Assembly: GCA_030295235.1 (NCBI GenBank)
Contig: AP026162.1
Location: forward strand, 930,001 to 994,000
Direction: 5' to 3'
DNA from: Fistulifera solaris
Lineage: Eukaryota
DNA: 64,000 nt
Position numbers and translations under genes: made by a program. Shown piece by piece: positions 26,615 to 37,895 of the stretch; the stretch's first letter is position 1, and the number at the start of each line of letters is the position of its first letter. The notes below the pieces were generated by a model. The model ran no database searches and was not told where the DNA came from. It saw nothing but the letters and a program-made list of their open reading frames with translations.

Positions 26615-27967
26615 CTAGACCCTTTTCACTTCCATTTTGATTAAAGCGAAGAAAGGGGAGAAAGGAAAATCTATGGGACCGTGTTCATTTTTGACCATCA
26701 GCAGCGAAAGCTTCGTCAATGAAATGTCACGCATTACCTTCCAATCTGTCGTTTTCATCGCATGGTCTGTGAAATAAATCCATCTTAATAATCCTTTGGG
26801 CAAGGGTACAAATCAGTCTAATTAGACAGACTCGAAATCTTTGAAAAAACAATTGCGTTCGCAACACGGTAATATCTATGACAAAAGGCTCCGGCCTTCT
26901 TTAAGGATGTCTTAAGGATGTCTAGAAATGGATCGGACGTCGTAAAGATAGTATCATCATGCGGTCCGGCTTGAGAGGTCAGATGTCTTCAGAGGCGATT
27001 GCCTTTTAACATAAGACTAGACCTATAGAACGAAAGAGAAAGCACATGACACCGGCAGCAACTCAACAACAAGTACTAGGCGTTTGGGACTTGGATCCAA
27101 TTCACTGTTGAACACGTTGTTCGAGTAGTGAAACAAGAGATAGAACAGGAGAACGATGCGGTGAATACAGCGATTGTTGCAGCTGCTATTGTCGGTGTAA
27201 CGCCCCAATGTCCTAAAATTCTTTGCAATCGCGAACAACGGATTAGTTACCGGCGGACTTACATACAATGAGCAGGATTTGAATTGGAAGCACATGACTT
27301 TACCCACTAGTGACCCGTTACAGATAGCACGAGCAATAGAGCACAAGTCGATTGACGCAACTTGGTAAAACGCCAAGACACATTCAATGTTTTCCTTCGG
27401 ACACTGACGAGGTACAAAATGGATGAAGCCATGCTTGGCCACTTGCTGCACATGATAGTAGCGATTTGGGTACTGCTCCTGACCATCTCATGTGACAAGG
27501 TGACAAGACAATTGCCAGGTGTGGTCAAGCGTGACTTAGTTTGGAATACGGATGTTCGGAATATGGCGAACGACATGGCGGATTGGGTCGCCGACGCCTT
27601 TGTATACGCCATCAATGAAGGGGGTATGGGTACGCGTTGTCACTGGAAGTGCATCTACTGGTAGCGAGCGAACTAAAAAGGCACCGCAGCGCTGCGTTTT
27701 GTCGGTGGTAGCCCCCGCATCGATGAAACGTTTTCGGGCTAAGAACTCATTTGATTCTGAAAACCCTGTTTAGTAGACACATTTCATCGTGATTGAGTTA
27801 GCCGAACTGCTAGAAATGCGCCCATGAACAGCAATAAAAGGTGTATTTCTTGAAGACTAGACGAGCTATTTGGCATTGCAATTTGTTATTTGTGGCAGCG
27901 TCTTGACGTTTTGTCCGAAATAACTTATAGAAGCATCAAGAGACATGAATATTGGACGATGAAATAG

Positions 27968-28234
27968 ATGAGAATGTCGATGCACGAATGCACGACCGCC
28001 TATCGCGCTGTGAAGCAGCGAGAAATACTACAACAAGTTGAATTGATAGCGATATTTGGAGCCGGCGCAGTGAGTCTTTCTTGTATCATGTTATTGATAG
28101 GGGCAAAGAAAATTGTGGCAACTGATTTGTCGAACGACGCACTCGACTTGACAATGAAGCCTGGTGTTAAGACCGATGAATCCCACAGTTTCGGGATCTG
28201 GACTTGTATGGCTCGTCTTCAGCATATCTTCTAA
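27968..28234 (+). pseudogene. Fragment of Zn-binding (MDR) dehydrogenase
   Basis: TTAYRAV.....IAIFGAGAVSLSCIM..IGAKKIVATDLSNDALDL Rossmann segment lacking both ends. Confidence 0.7.
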
Positions 28235-29382
28235 CGATAGCCTGCGGCGAATTTGTGTCCGCTTCATCATCCGCAGTAAACGTATCGTTGCTTTATTTCA
28301 TCAACTATCTGGGAAGAAACTAATTCTCGGTATCAAATCTTTCTAAATCTATCTGTATTCATTCGTTGATCCGACCCGCTTGTTGTAAGCTCGCCTTGCC
28401 AATTTTATTTGATAGTCAGGTAGTTCGATGACCAGAGCGCGGATCCTTCGTTAAACATGTTGTCTGGGGGTGCTTCTGACATAAACGACAAGCACCAATT
28501 CATGCCAACTTGTGTTATTTGATCTACCCATGATTAACAGATTGTCGATGACGGCCACCTCTACGTAGATGGTGAAAGAGAAACATACTTTGGGAAGTCT
28601 AGAAGATCGATGATTGCTGACTGATGATTGACCACGCAAGTCGACTTTAATTCAGGCGATCTTTGTCACAACAACGGGCCGCGGTCGACGCGTATTAAAG
28701 GCAAGAGTGTCAAATTATGCAGCATTTAACAGTAAATTGAGCGCCTTTTGCGTAATTTTCGTCGTTATACCATCTTATTGATAAAGAGTGATAGCATCAT
28801 AAAAAGAATGCCATGCAAAGAAAGGTTTTCCGTCCCAAAATCGATTGTTGCGATCGAATGAAGTGGGTGCAAAAGAATGAGCCAAAATCGTGGGTAACCC
28901 CCTTGCATTTTTGAGCAAAAATGCACGGTTTGGCACAGTAGCTTTTTAAAGTAGGTTGTACAGCGATGTGTATCGAAAAGTAGTCTTGAGCTCGGAGCGG
29001 TACTTCTCTTTTGCGACATGTCGGAGCGTGTATCGAAAATGTCCCTCAGGACGCACGGACAGACTGGGCCCTCTTTTGATTCGTGACTAAAAGACGTCAA
29101 AAGCCAAAACATTTCCCGGGACACACGTAGCTCCCAGTAGGATATGTACGTGCAATGGGCTTGCATTATTGTCCTTTTTTTTGCCTGCCCCATCTTCCGA
29201 AGGTTATTAACAACTATCTTTGACCTTTTCCCATTATTTATCGTTGCAACTCGCTTTTGAATTCGAGGTGCAATCAAAGGAATTTGGATTGAAGTAAAGG
29301 TTTTGAATTTGTTAGGTCGTTTCCTTTTCCGCATCCGCAACGGTGCAGCAAAAACAGTGTTTTTTTAAGTACAAGAAAAAAA

Positions 29383-30414
29383 ATGATGGAACGATTTTTC
29401 TTCACAAACGTATGCCTTTGCTATTTTTTACTCTGTCTTGAGCCATCAACCGCTCGAGATCCTCTCTACGCTGTCACTGATGTGAGCACGCGGCATCCGT
29501 GGCGGCGATCTCCTTCGTATCAACGATCGTTACCAAAACGAAAGTCGCAGTACGTGAGAAACTACATGGATTATGAAACATTAAAAATGGACAAACGTTC
29601 TCGGATTTACTCGGTCAATTTCAAAACGCGCAATATTGGAAAGTTATCTTGGACCAGTCGATTGGTGTGGGCGAATGTGCTGGTCTTTTTATTACAAGCT
29701 TGCCGACCTTCGGTCACTTCGTGGGGCATCAACCTTTCCGATCGAATACGCAGCGGACGAGAACTGTATCGTACCATCACTCCTGTGTTTCTGCACGGCA
29801 GTATATTTCATTTGGGTACCAACATGGTCTCCCTACAACGAACTGGAGGAGACGTGGAAAGATTGTTTGGCGGTGGCCGATACTTGGCGACTTATTTGGC
29901 CGCTGGTATAGCGGGGAACATCGTTTCGGCCTGGTCGTCTCCCAACCCGTCCTTGGGGGCAAGTGGAGCAGTGTTCGGTGTATTTGGAGCGTATTTTGTT
30001 TTTCTCAATCGCAATGAATGGCTGTTGGGAAACTATGGAGCATCCATGACGAATTCGATCACGCAAACCATTGCGGCGAATTTGTTTCTCGGCGCTCTCA
30101 ATCCGGTCATTGACAACTGGGCGCATTTGGGCGGCGCTCTGGGAGGCGCCGCAATGGCATACTGGTTCGGGCCGCGTTTGTACTTGACCGAGCTACCGGA
30201 ATCGGGAAGGCAAATACTTGTCGATCGTCCGGTAGTTCGGTTGCCGCGGGCGCTAGAACAGCTTCCCGAACGGCTAGGGTCATCAGTAAGTTGTGTACTG
30301 GAGAAGCTACCAGGCCTGCCGCAACAATCCGCGAAACCATGGCGAAATGGTGACTATAGAAGGCCTAAGGCCTACATGCCTACTCGATCTCTTAAACCCT
30401 TGCCGGTCGACTAG
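29383..30414 (+). CDS. Rhomboid intramembrane serine protease
   Basis: YRTITPVFLHGSIFHLGTNM, SLGASGAVFG, IDNWAHLGGALGG. Confidence 0.95.
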   Translation: MMERFFFTNVCLCYFLLCLEPSTARDPLYAVTDVSTRHPWRRSPSYQRSLPKRKSQYVRNYMDYETLKMDKRSRIYSVNFKTRNIGKLSWTSRLVWANVLVFLLQACRPSVTSWGINLSDRIRSGRELYRTITPVFLHGSIFHLGTNMVSLQRTGGDVERLFGGGRYLATYLAAGIAGNIVSAWSSPNPSLGASGAVFGVFGAYFVFLNRNEWLLGNYGASMTNSITQTIAANLFLGALNPVIDNWAHLGGALGGAAMAYWFGPRLYLTELPESGRQILVDRPVVRLPRALEQLPERLGSSVSCVLEKLPGLPQQSAKPWRNGDYRRPKAYMPTRSLKPLPVD

Positions 30415-30744
30415 TAATTGTGGACTAGAGTTGTGTATCAACTCCCGACTGGCATCATCAAAACGGGTTGCCGATCAACTAACTAGATCATCTGAGCTTA
30501 TAAATGACCTCTTCTTCTGAAAATGGCCGTCTCGTTCGTTGTTTGTTTACATTAATAACTTCATTCTGTTTTCGAGCAAGAAATATTGCTGATCTTCACT
30601 TGGGCATTGTTGGAACTAAACAAACTAAACATACTAGGCGTTCAATTAACAGATGCTCATTGTTTATTGTTTGACACAGACTGCGGAGGCAAGCGTTCGA
30701 ATGAAAACGAAATTCCTATTACATGACATTTATCCCTCCATTGT

Positions 30745-31697
30745 TTAATGTTTGTACTTGATCGCTTCTCGATCAAATGCGGTGACGACTCGTTCCAGTC
30801 CGGCGCAAAAGTCATGATTCGGATACGTTTGTTGCATCTGACCAATAAACTGGTCGGTTGGCTTGTTCTGTTGCACCAAGCAACACACCAGATTGATTAG
30901 AGTGTCAGGAATCGGCACTTCCGGATGATCACGCAAACATTCTTGTAATTTTCCTTCCGCCGCCGCAAAGTCTCCTTGATTCATATAAGCGCACGCCATG
31001 AGATTGAGCAACAGCGACGAGGGACCATACTGTTCCGTGAGCATATTCAAGGAGTGAACCGCATCCTCCGCTCCCGATGCCCCTGTCGCAAGATTGACAT
31101 AGACGGAACCCAACTGAGTCAAGATGGCATCTTCATCGGCTTGACGAAGCAATTGCAGTTGCTGCGTAGCCAAATCGAGTCGATCCATTTTCAAAAGATT
31201 TGCAAAGCTAACGCAATGTGTTCCATAGTCGCTCCCAAATGAACCAAACTCAAGGCTTCTTTGGTTTGTCCTGTCGACAAAAGAACTTGTGCGGCCGTCA
31301 GCTGTTCGGAAGGTCCCGCGGTTGCGGCAATGGTGCGGAGCTCATCGAGGGCGTTGGCGTCTTGACTGGCTTCAAAGTTGGCTCGGAGGATCAATGCGTC
31401 GAGTGCTGCCACAGTAACGAAGAGAGACGATTACAGGGGAAAATGAGAAACATAGGAAAGAGAAAAAATGATTGAAACGCAGATGTAAAACAAAAATGAC
31501 TTACCAGAAGTACCGCCGGACAGCTTGTTGTATTGACCCAACGCCAAATAAGCGCGATTGAGAATTTCTTCCCGTTCCGCCTTCAACGCCGGGCTCATAG
31601 GTCGACGGGCGATAGATTTAGCCTCTTCAATGGCTAAATTGTAATGACCCAGCCAATATTGGGCACGTAAGGTGTAAAGATCATCCGGTTCGGTCAT
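30745..31697 (-). CDS. COPE: Coatomer subunit epsilon; intron 31406-31504; frameshift near 31192
   Basis: DDLYTLRAQYWLGHY, RAYLALGQY, LKMDRLDLA, DEDAILTQL, PDTLINLV. Confidence 0.9.
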
Positions 31698-31756
31698 GGT
31701 GGTATTTTTTGTGTTGCGTTTATTGTGCGTTGCAATCGATAGCGACGACAGTGTCG

Positions 31757-32230
31757 GTACAGTTCCTACTGGACTCTACGTGTGTCCCGCGAACGACTTG
31801 CACGTCTTTTAGTCACGAACCTCCAAAGAGGGTCCAGTCTGTCCGTGCGTCCTAGGACGAAATTCTGCAAACACACTGCGACATCCAATGCCGTTTCGAT
31901 ACCGCTACGAGGAAATGCTACAACTTGAGCTTACACTAGAAATTTGTACAATTTAGGCCTAGTGTCGAAACAGGGCCCAAAATGCAAGGCATTTGCCCAT
32001 GAAAAAAAGCGTGAAATAAAAACTTGGCTCATTATTTGTTGTCATTGAGCGACCTTTTAAAGGCTATTCCATCGATTCATGTCGTTTCTTTCATAAATAC
32101 TGTCATTCCTTCTACAGATGAAAATATTGTTGCGTGGAATGCCGTCAGAAACGTTCCGTTCTTACTTTTTAATGATGTTATGGCATATCAAATTCGATGC
32201 TTGTCGCGCGACGGCCCGCGGTAGTGCAAT
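31757..32230 (+). mobile_element. Diverged solo copy of the GAGGG TIR family (core starts 31828; right limit uncertain)
   Basis: GAGGGTCCAGTCTGTCCGTGCGTCCT identical to 25129; AAAATGCAAGG..TGCCCATGA at a similar offset; 31757-31820 matches the reverse complement of 29080-29150. Confidence 0.7.
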
Positions 32231-32764
32231 TATGGCACAATACAATTGACCTTCACCGCCCATGAGCACGTCTTTCCTTTTCAACAAGACCTATTTCAAT
32301 CGAGTGACATATCTCTGTTAGTCAAAGCTGTAATTGCGAGATGCACTTACCATACTAAGTGTTGCAATTCGATGTCGGTCTTAAAGATTTTCGAATCAGA
32401 AGTCCGGCCGAGAGGATGGAACGATCATTGCACTTGCAAAAAAAGTTTCGCACCGCTTCCTTTTTTCGGTTATAAAGACAGGTGTCGTGGAATCGAATAT
32501 TAGCTCTCGGTACATTTCCAGCCTGACGCACAATGATCACGAATCATGTTAAAAAAGGTCGTCACTATCTCTTTTTATAAAAACTAAGCGTACAAGGTTG
32601 ACCCGTTTCAGGCTTAACGCTCAATAATCATGACCCATGACGCATCACATCTTATCTCAAGTCAAATTATAACGCGGTCAGTATTAACTTTGCCACAAAG
32701 CATAAATAAGGAGGTATAAACAAATGAGAAATTGAGGGATTTCCACACCACCCGTCGCGGAACG

Positions 32765-35700
32765 TTACCGAGCGCAACAATCCAGGTTTAATCCATTCGG
32801 CGAAGGACAACAGTCGCCAGTCAAATGCAGTTCTGCGCATCGAGGATGCGACTCGCACGTCCCACCAGATTGCGATCCATTACTCGAATGCGTTTCATGG
32901 ACCTTAGAGGCACCAGATGATTCATCTGATTGAGGAAAAGAATCTGTTTGATTGATAAAATGTACATTTTCCGTGTCGCTTTTGTCGCCACTGATGGTCA
33001 CAACGTCAAAATTAGCTCTTGTTGCAATCCAGTATAGTACCTGACTTTTGCTTAACGCCGAATCAAGTTGCGAGCTGATCAAATCTTGAGCCTCGGTCCA
33101 AGCAGTCGAGGGATCGAAAATCGCATGGTTAGCAATAACATATCCCTTCCACGCCATCTCTGCTCCACTCGCTTGCGCTTCCAACACATTCTGATACTCA
33201 TCGCGGACATAGTCTATTGAGAATAGTTCTCCTGTAACCGCTGTCACTGGAAGAAAATTGATCGTATGCACGTAGAGCTCCTTTGTCCCGAACCATGTAG
33301 AACAAATAGCGTCCATCATCCCTAAATTTCCCACCATGTAGTTTCGCGAGAACTCCTCACTGTAAACTTTTAGAGCGGGCGAGCCGTTCCTCTTTCCCTG
33401 AGACTTTGTTGGCGACATGTGCCAATACGTTTTGGCCCCGCGTATCTCGGTTGCAAGCAACAGGCGGGCAAAATCAGTTTCTGGTGATACATCGGACTCA
33501 GGGTTTGTCGCTGCCCCGTGTCTCACAACGGACCACAGATATGCGCCGTAGTATCCATTCACAGCTTCACTCGAACTTTCTTGGGACTTTCCGTTGCCGA
33601 ACGGAAACAATCCCGACGCGAACGAATGACCGTCAAACCACGATTTGTGTCTCGCAGCTGGAAAAAAGACTCCATCAACAACCTTGGAGTCTAAGTTGGT
33701 ATTATGGGCAATATCATAGAAGATGGTGTCGACCTCGTTTCCGAATCTCTCAACGAATGTGCTGTTGAGGCTCCCTAATATCGCACAAGCATACAGAAGA
33801 TATCCATAATGAAAATGATGGTCATTGTATCTACGCCATGAAATCGGATTGAGATACAAGTCAGTTTGTCATTTCGTATGCTCATATTATTTCTTGTTGA
33901 CTTACCTTCCGTTTCCAAAATCCGCGTGGGAATCCAGCAAACCGTTAGAAGTCACCAAGCCTCCAAGGTTGGCATCAAAGACTAAACCATCCGTAACTCG
34001 ATTTGTAAGGACTCGTTCCAGTATAGTTGAGAGAAATTGGACCGCTTGCTGCAATATACCCGCCAAATTTTCCTCCTGTATGCCATCGACAGCATTGTCG
34101 TTATCCTTTTCTTTTAAAAGAACATTTGCAATATGAGCAAGTTGAGCAAGTCTAGCACTCTGTTTCCCGAAGCCATAGATATCTTCGGACACCGTTGGTA
34201 AAGATATTTTGATGTCTTCGTAAAGACTCCGTACTATTTGCTGTCGAACAAACGGATCGTGCAAAGCTTCCGTCGTGCTTGATCCACTGTCCCCATCGAA
34301 ACCTACACTGGGAAGTACTTCGTCGTACATCCATGTAGAGCCAACGACAGGTGGCATAGGTCCTTTGATCGATTTGTATGAGAGCTCAAATTCGTCACTT
34401 GCTAATTTTACCGACTTCGGTAGACTTTCTGCGTGATGAGGTAGTGCCAACATAAGCAACGGAAGGGTATTCGTTGAACCACTAGAGGCGGAGAAGGTCG
34501 CTGTCGTATATTTAAAGCGGATGGTTCCAAGGCGCTTTGTTTTCAAAGACGAAGGAGCACTAGCTATCCCTGAAACGACTTTTGTTATCTTGTCAATACT
34601 CCCGATACTCTTTGTCTTCAAGTTATGAGTAACGTCGGTTGTCGAAGCAGGTCGGAAGGTCCAACTGACTTGTCCACCAGTTGGGTAAACTCCTGCATGA
34701 TAGACAAGCCTCTGTAAAGCCTTAGAAGAAATGACATTCAAATCCGACGAGCCGGGCTGTGAATCGGTAACATTCTGTCTTTCAGCGGGTGGTACATAGG
34801 CGAACCGTAAAACCCCGCTAAAGCTGTGTTGGGCTTCAACGGTTACTTTTTGAACTCTGTCGAATGTCAACGACAGCGATTCTGATGCAAAGGCAAACCA
34901 ATACTTGTTGTCCGTCGTCTGCATGACAAACTGGGTACCCGTAATAATGTCGATTTTCCCATCCTCGCTCCGTTCAGAGCTGCAAATACTTGATAATAAA
35001 CGTCTTCCATTAAAGTCGATTGCCCCTTCTTCGTCTCGCGGACAAAACACATCAGCGATTCCCGGGAACGCACGGATAGCTGGCATTGAATTTTTGTATT
35101 TGATTGTAATGTAGGGACTGCCCTGTACCAAATAAGTTTCCCAAAATCCGCCCGACATTGTACCATACTTCAGAGTAACACTCAATGCATCGAATTGCTC
35201 GATGTGCCGGCTCGTCGTACCTTCTCGGCAAGTAAAAGCTAAGTCGGGAATTGCATAGTCGTGAATTGATTTTGCGTCCTCTAGTCGATGACCAGCGGGA
35301 TACGATACCTGTAAGATATCATCGGACCATGTGTATGCATAGGGATACACTGCCGTTGGATACGAAAGACCGTGATCAGCGGTTACCGGCAAGACAAGAT
35401 TTACCCAGAATGCCCCGGTCGGAAACGGAAAAGTGAATTCGCGGAAGGGCTCTCTTCCTTTGTAATGGAATCTCGGATGAAAGAGATTCTTTTGCAGAAA
35501 AAGCAGAAACGGGGTCGCCCGCGTCCGCTCGATTTACGGAAGGGAAAGGCATGATGTACGCGGCCGGCGAGCTGTGAGATACCAGTAAAGATCCCGACTT
35601 GCTGAAGTGTAACACGGTAACAGAAACGGCGAATAGCAACATGGATACTCCTCCGACCCACAGAGAAATGTACGCCGTCGCATTTCGTTTCAAGGGCGCA

Positions 35701-36011
35701 AAGGAAATTATTCCGAATAAGCAACGTTGGCTACGACGATCTCCATTTGCATTTTTGTTCACCAGTGGCTGAACCTCGTCACCTTTTAGAAGTAATACGT
35801 GCGGTATATCAATAGAGTCGTTGACTGCAAGATCTTCCTCCTGCTCATTGTCGGTTGTAAGAATTGATTCTCCGACTAACGAGTCTTGGTCGGCGCCGGG
35901 AGGGGCTGCGCCGTTGCCATTCGTCCTATTATCGACATAATCAGTGCTGCCGTAAAAATAAAAGTACTGAGGCTTTTCTTTGCGCTTGTTGCCGAGTTGC
36001 TCCTGCCCCAT
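32765..36011 (-). CDS. GH81 endo-1,3(4)-beta-glucanase with N-terminal TM anchor and Cys-rich tail; intron 33831-33905; frameshift near 35390
   Basis: LVQGSPYIT, YGFGKQSARLAQLA, spliced DFGNGRYNDHHFHYGY, GHSFASGL, GKSQESSSEAVNGY. Confidence 0.95.
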
Positions 36012-36539
36012 GGCTCAATCGAACGAAGAAATTCGAGCGAAGCGTCTAAAAATGACAGAATGTGCCTTTTGCCGAACTGATTTCAAACCAGCCTTGCAAC
36101 GCCTCCATACGCTAGCGATTTTCGCCTCTCAGTACTTGCTTCAATACCGAGTAATTGCTGTCTGGTCGCCTTGCCCTGTTTGCTTTTCAGGCACCGTCTT
36201 GTAGACAAAAACAATAATGAGAGCGGAACACAAAAATAAAAAGCGTCCGACGGCGACGTCCGAAACTCGTCCTCCTGCTCTGGGCGAGTATCTCGCAATG
36301 TGTAGTGAGTGACGAATGAGAGTTTCCTGCGCGCGCGCACGCCGCTCGGCATTATACCGAAGGAACGAGAACACTGGGTCAGTATTCACAAACTTATCCT
36401 TTTATCATTACAAATGGAGGCACTTCTAATATGCGCTATGCAATGCTTTCGTTCTAAGAATAATTTAGATCGGTTCCACTAGCTTTAGTCTCCCTCGGGC
36501 GGAATTTTTGGTTCGTGACTGAAAACCAGTCGTGGCAAA

Positions 36540-36836
36540 GTTGTTTCCCACGACGGCTACGTGAAATTCACGTAGACACTGGAAGCGTTGTATATTTTTA
36601 TGTTTATATATTTCAGTGATAAACAAAAATTGATTATTGCTCAATGACAGACATGCATTAGCGATGATGGACAGAGTATTGTTGCCATTGGTGTCCGAAA
36701 GACGCGAATAATGGTGTGATCGAAATTACGCAATCTCCGTGTTACCATCTGTCGATAAATTTTACTACGAGAGCTACGTGAAATACGTAGCCATTCGAAG
36801 CGGTGCAACATTGTTCCATCAACGTTTTGTTTTCGA
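36540..36836 (+). repeat. Dispersed relative of the 428 bp satellite (block B, divergent linker, block A)
   Basis: ACGACGGCTACGT..CGTAGACACTGGAAG, CATTGGTGTC..AAAGACGC..AATGGTGTGATCGAAATT, TCTGTCGATAAATTT..CTACGAGAGCTACGTGAAAT. Confidence 0.9.
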
Positions 36837-36840
36837 CTTG

Positions 36841-37800
36841 GTTGTTCGGTTCATGACTACTGTACAATCCAGTCTTGGCTGGCGTAAACCAACACTCCGT
36901 TTCATAGCGGAATTCAAGGTGTTGATCCTCGGATTATTTCGACGTGAAAATAAAAAACTCATTGTTGCGATTTTATCTACCCGTAATTGTTATCATATTC
37001 ACAGTTGAATGAAAATGGACGGATGCGAGAGACGCAAAAACAAAACTCTTTGTTGTTCGGTTCATGACTACCGTACAATCCAGTCTTGGCTGGCGTAAAC
37101 CAACACTCCGTTTCATAGTGGAATTCAAGGTGTCGATCCTCGGATTATTTCGACGTGAAAATAAAAGAACCTCTCAACAAATAGTTCAAATCATCTTTGC
37201 TGCGACTTTATTTACCCGTAATTATACTTATATTCGCAGTTGAATGACAATGGACGGATGCGAGAGACGCAAAACGGAACCCTTTGTTGTTCGGTTCATG
37301 ACTACTGTACAATCCAGTCTTGGCTGGCGTAAACTAACACTCCGTTTCATAGTGGTATTCAAGGTGTCGATCCTCGGATTATTTCGACGTGAAAATAAAA
37401 AACTCATTGTTGCGATTTTATCTACCCGTAATTGTTATCATATTCACAGTTGAATGAAAATGGACGGATGCGAGAGACGCAAAAACAAAACTCTTTGTTG
37501 TTCGGTTCATGACTACTGTACAATCCAGTCTTGGCTGTCGTAAACCAACACTCCGTTTCATAGTGGAATTCAAGGTGTCGATCCTCGGATTATTTCGACG
37601 TGAAAATAAAAGAACCTCTCAACAAATAGTTCAAATCATCTTTGCTGCGACTTTATTTACCCGTAATTATACTTATATTCGCAGTTGAATGACAATGGAC
37701 GGATGCGAGAGACGCAAAACGGAACCCTTTGTTGTTGGGTTCATGACTACCGTACAATCCAGTCTTGGCTGGCGTAAACCAACACCCCGCGTCATAGAAA
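36841..37800. repeat. Tandem array of alternating 211 and 234 bp monomers (445 bp higher-order unit)
   Basis: GTTGTTCGGTTCATGACTAC-type starts at 36841, 37052, 37286, 37497, 37731. Confidence 0.95.
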
Positions 37801-37895
37801 TTTCAAGGATTTACGAAAAATGGCTAGATTTGTACTGACGTAAAGACTAAAGAATTCACACATAGAATGAAATCATTAATAAGTCTTTCGAGGTT

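Larger units (their letters stand above)
25129..29073. mobile_element. Non-autonomous long-TIR element (arms 25129-25867 and 28334-29073) with captured gene fragments
   Basis: ~740 bp inverted arms with about 7 differences by eye; GAGGG...CCCTC ends; similarity extends to 25109/29092; no transposase; no TSD found. Confidence 0.8.

Noticed and set aside
26620..27770. Identity of the middle cargo in the TIR element
   Set aside because: Looks coding-derived, but strand and family cannot be assigned without BLASTX
25109..29092. Assignment to Sola3, MULE or piggyBac
   Set aside because: No TTAA or 9 bp target duplication at either candidate boundary and no transposase
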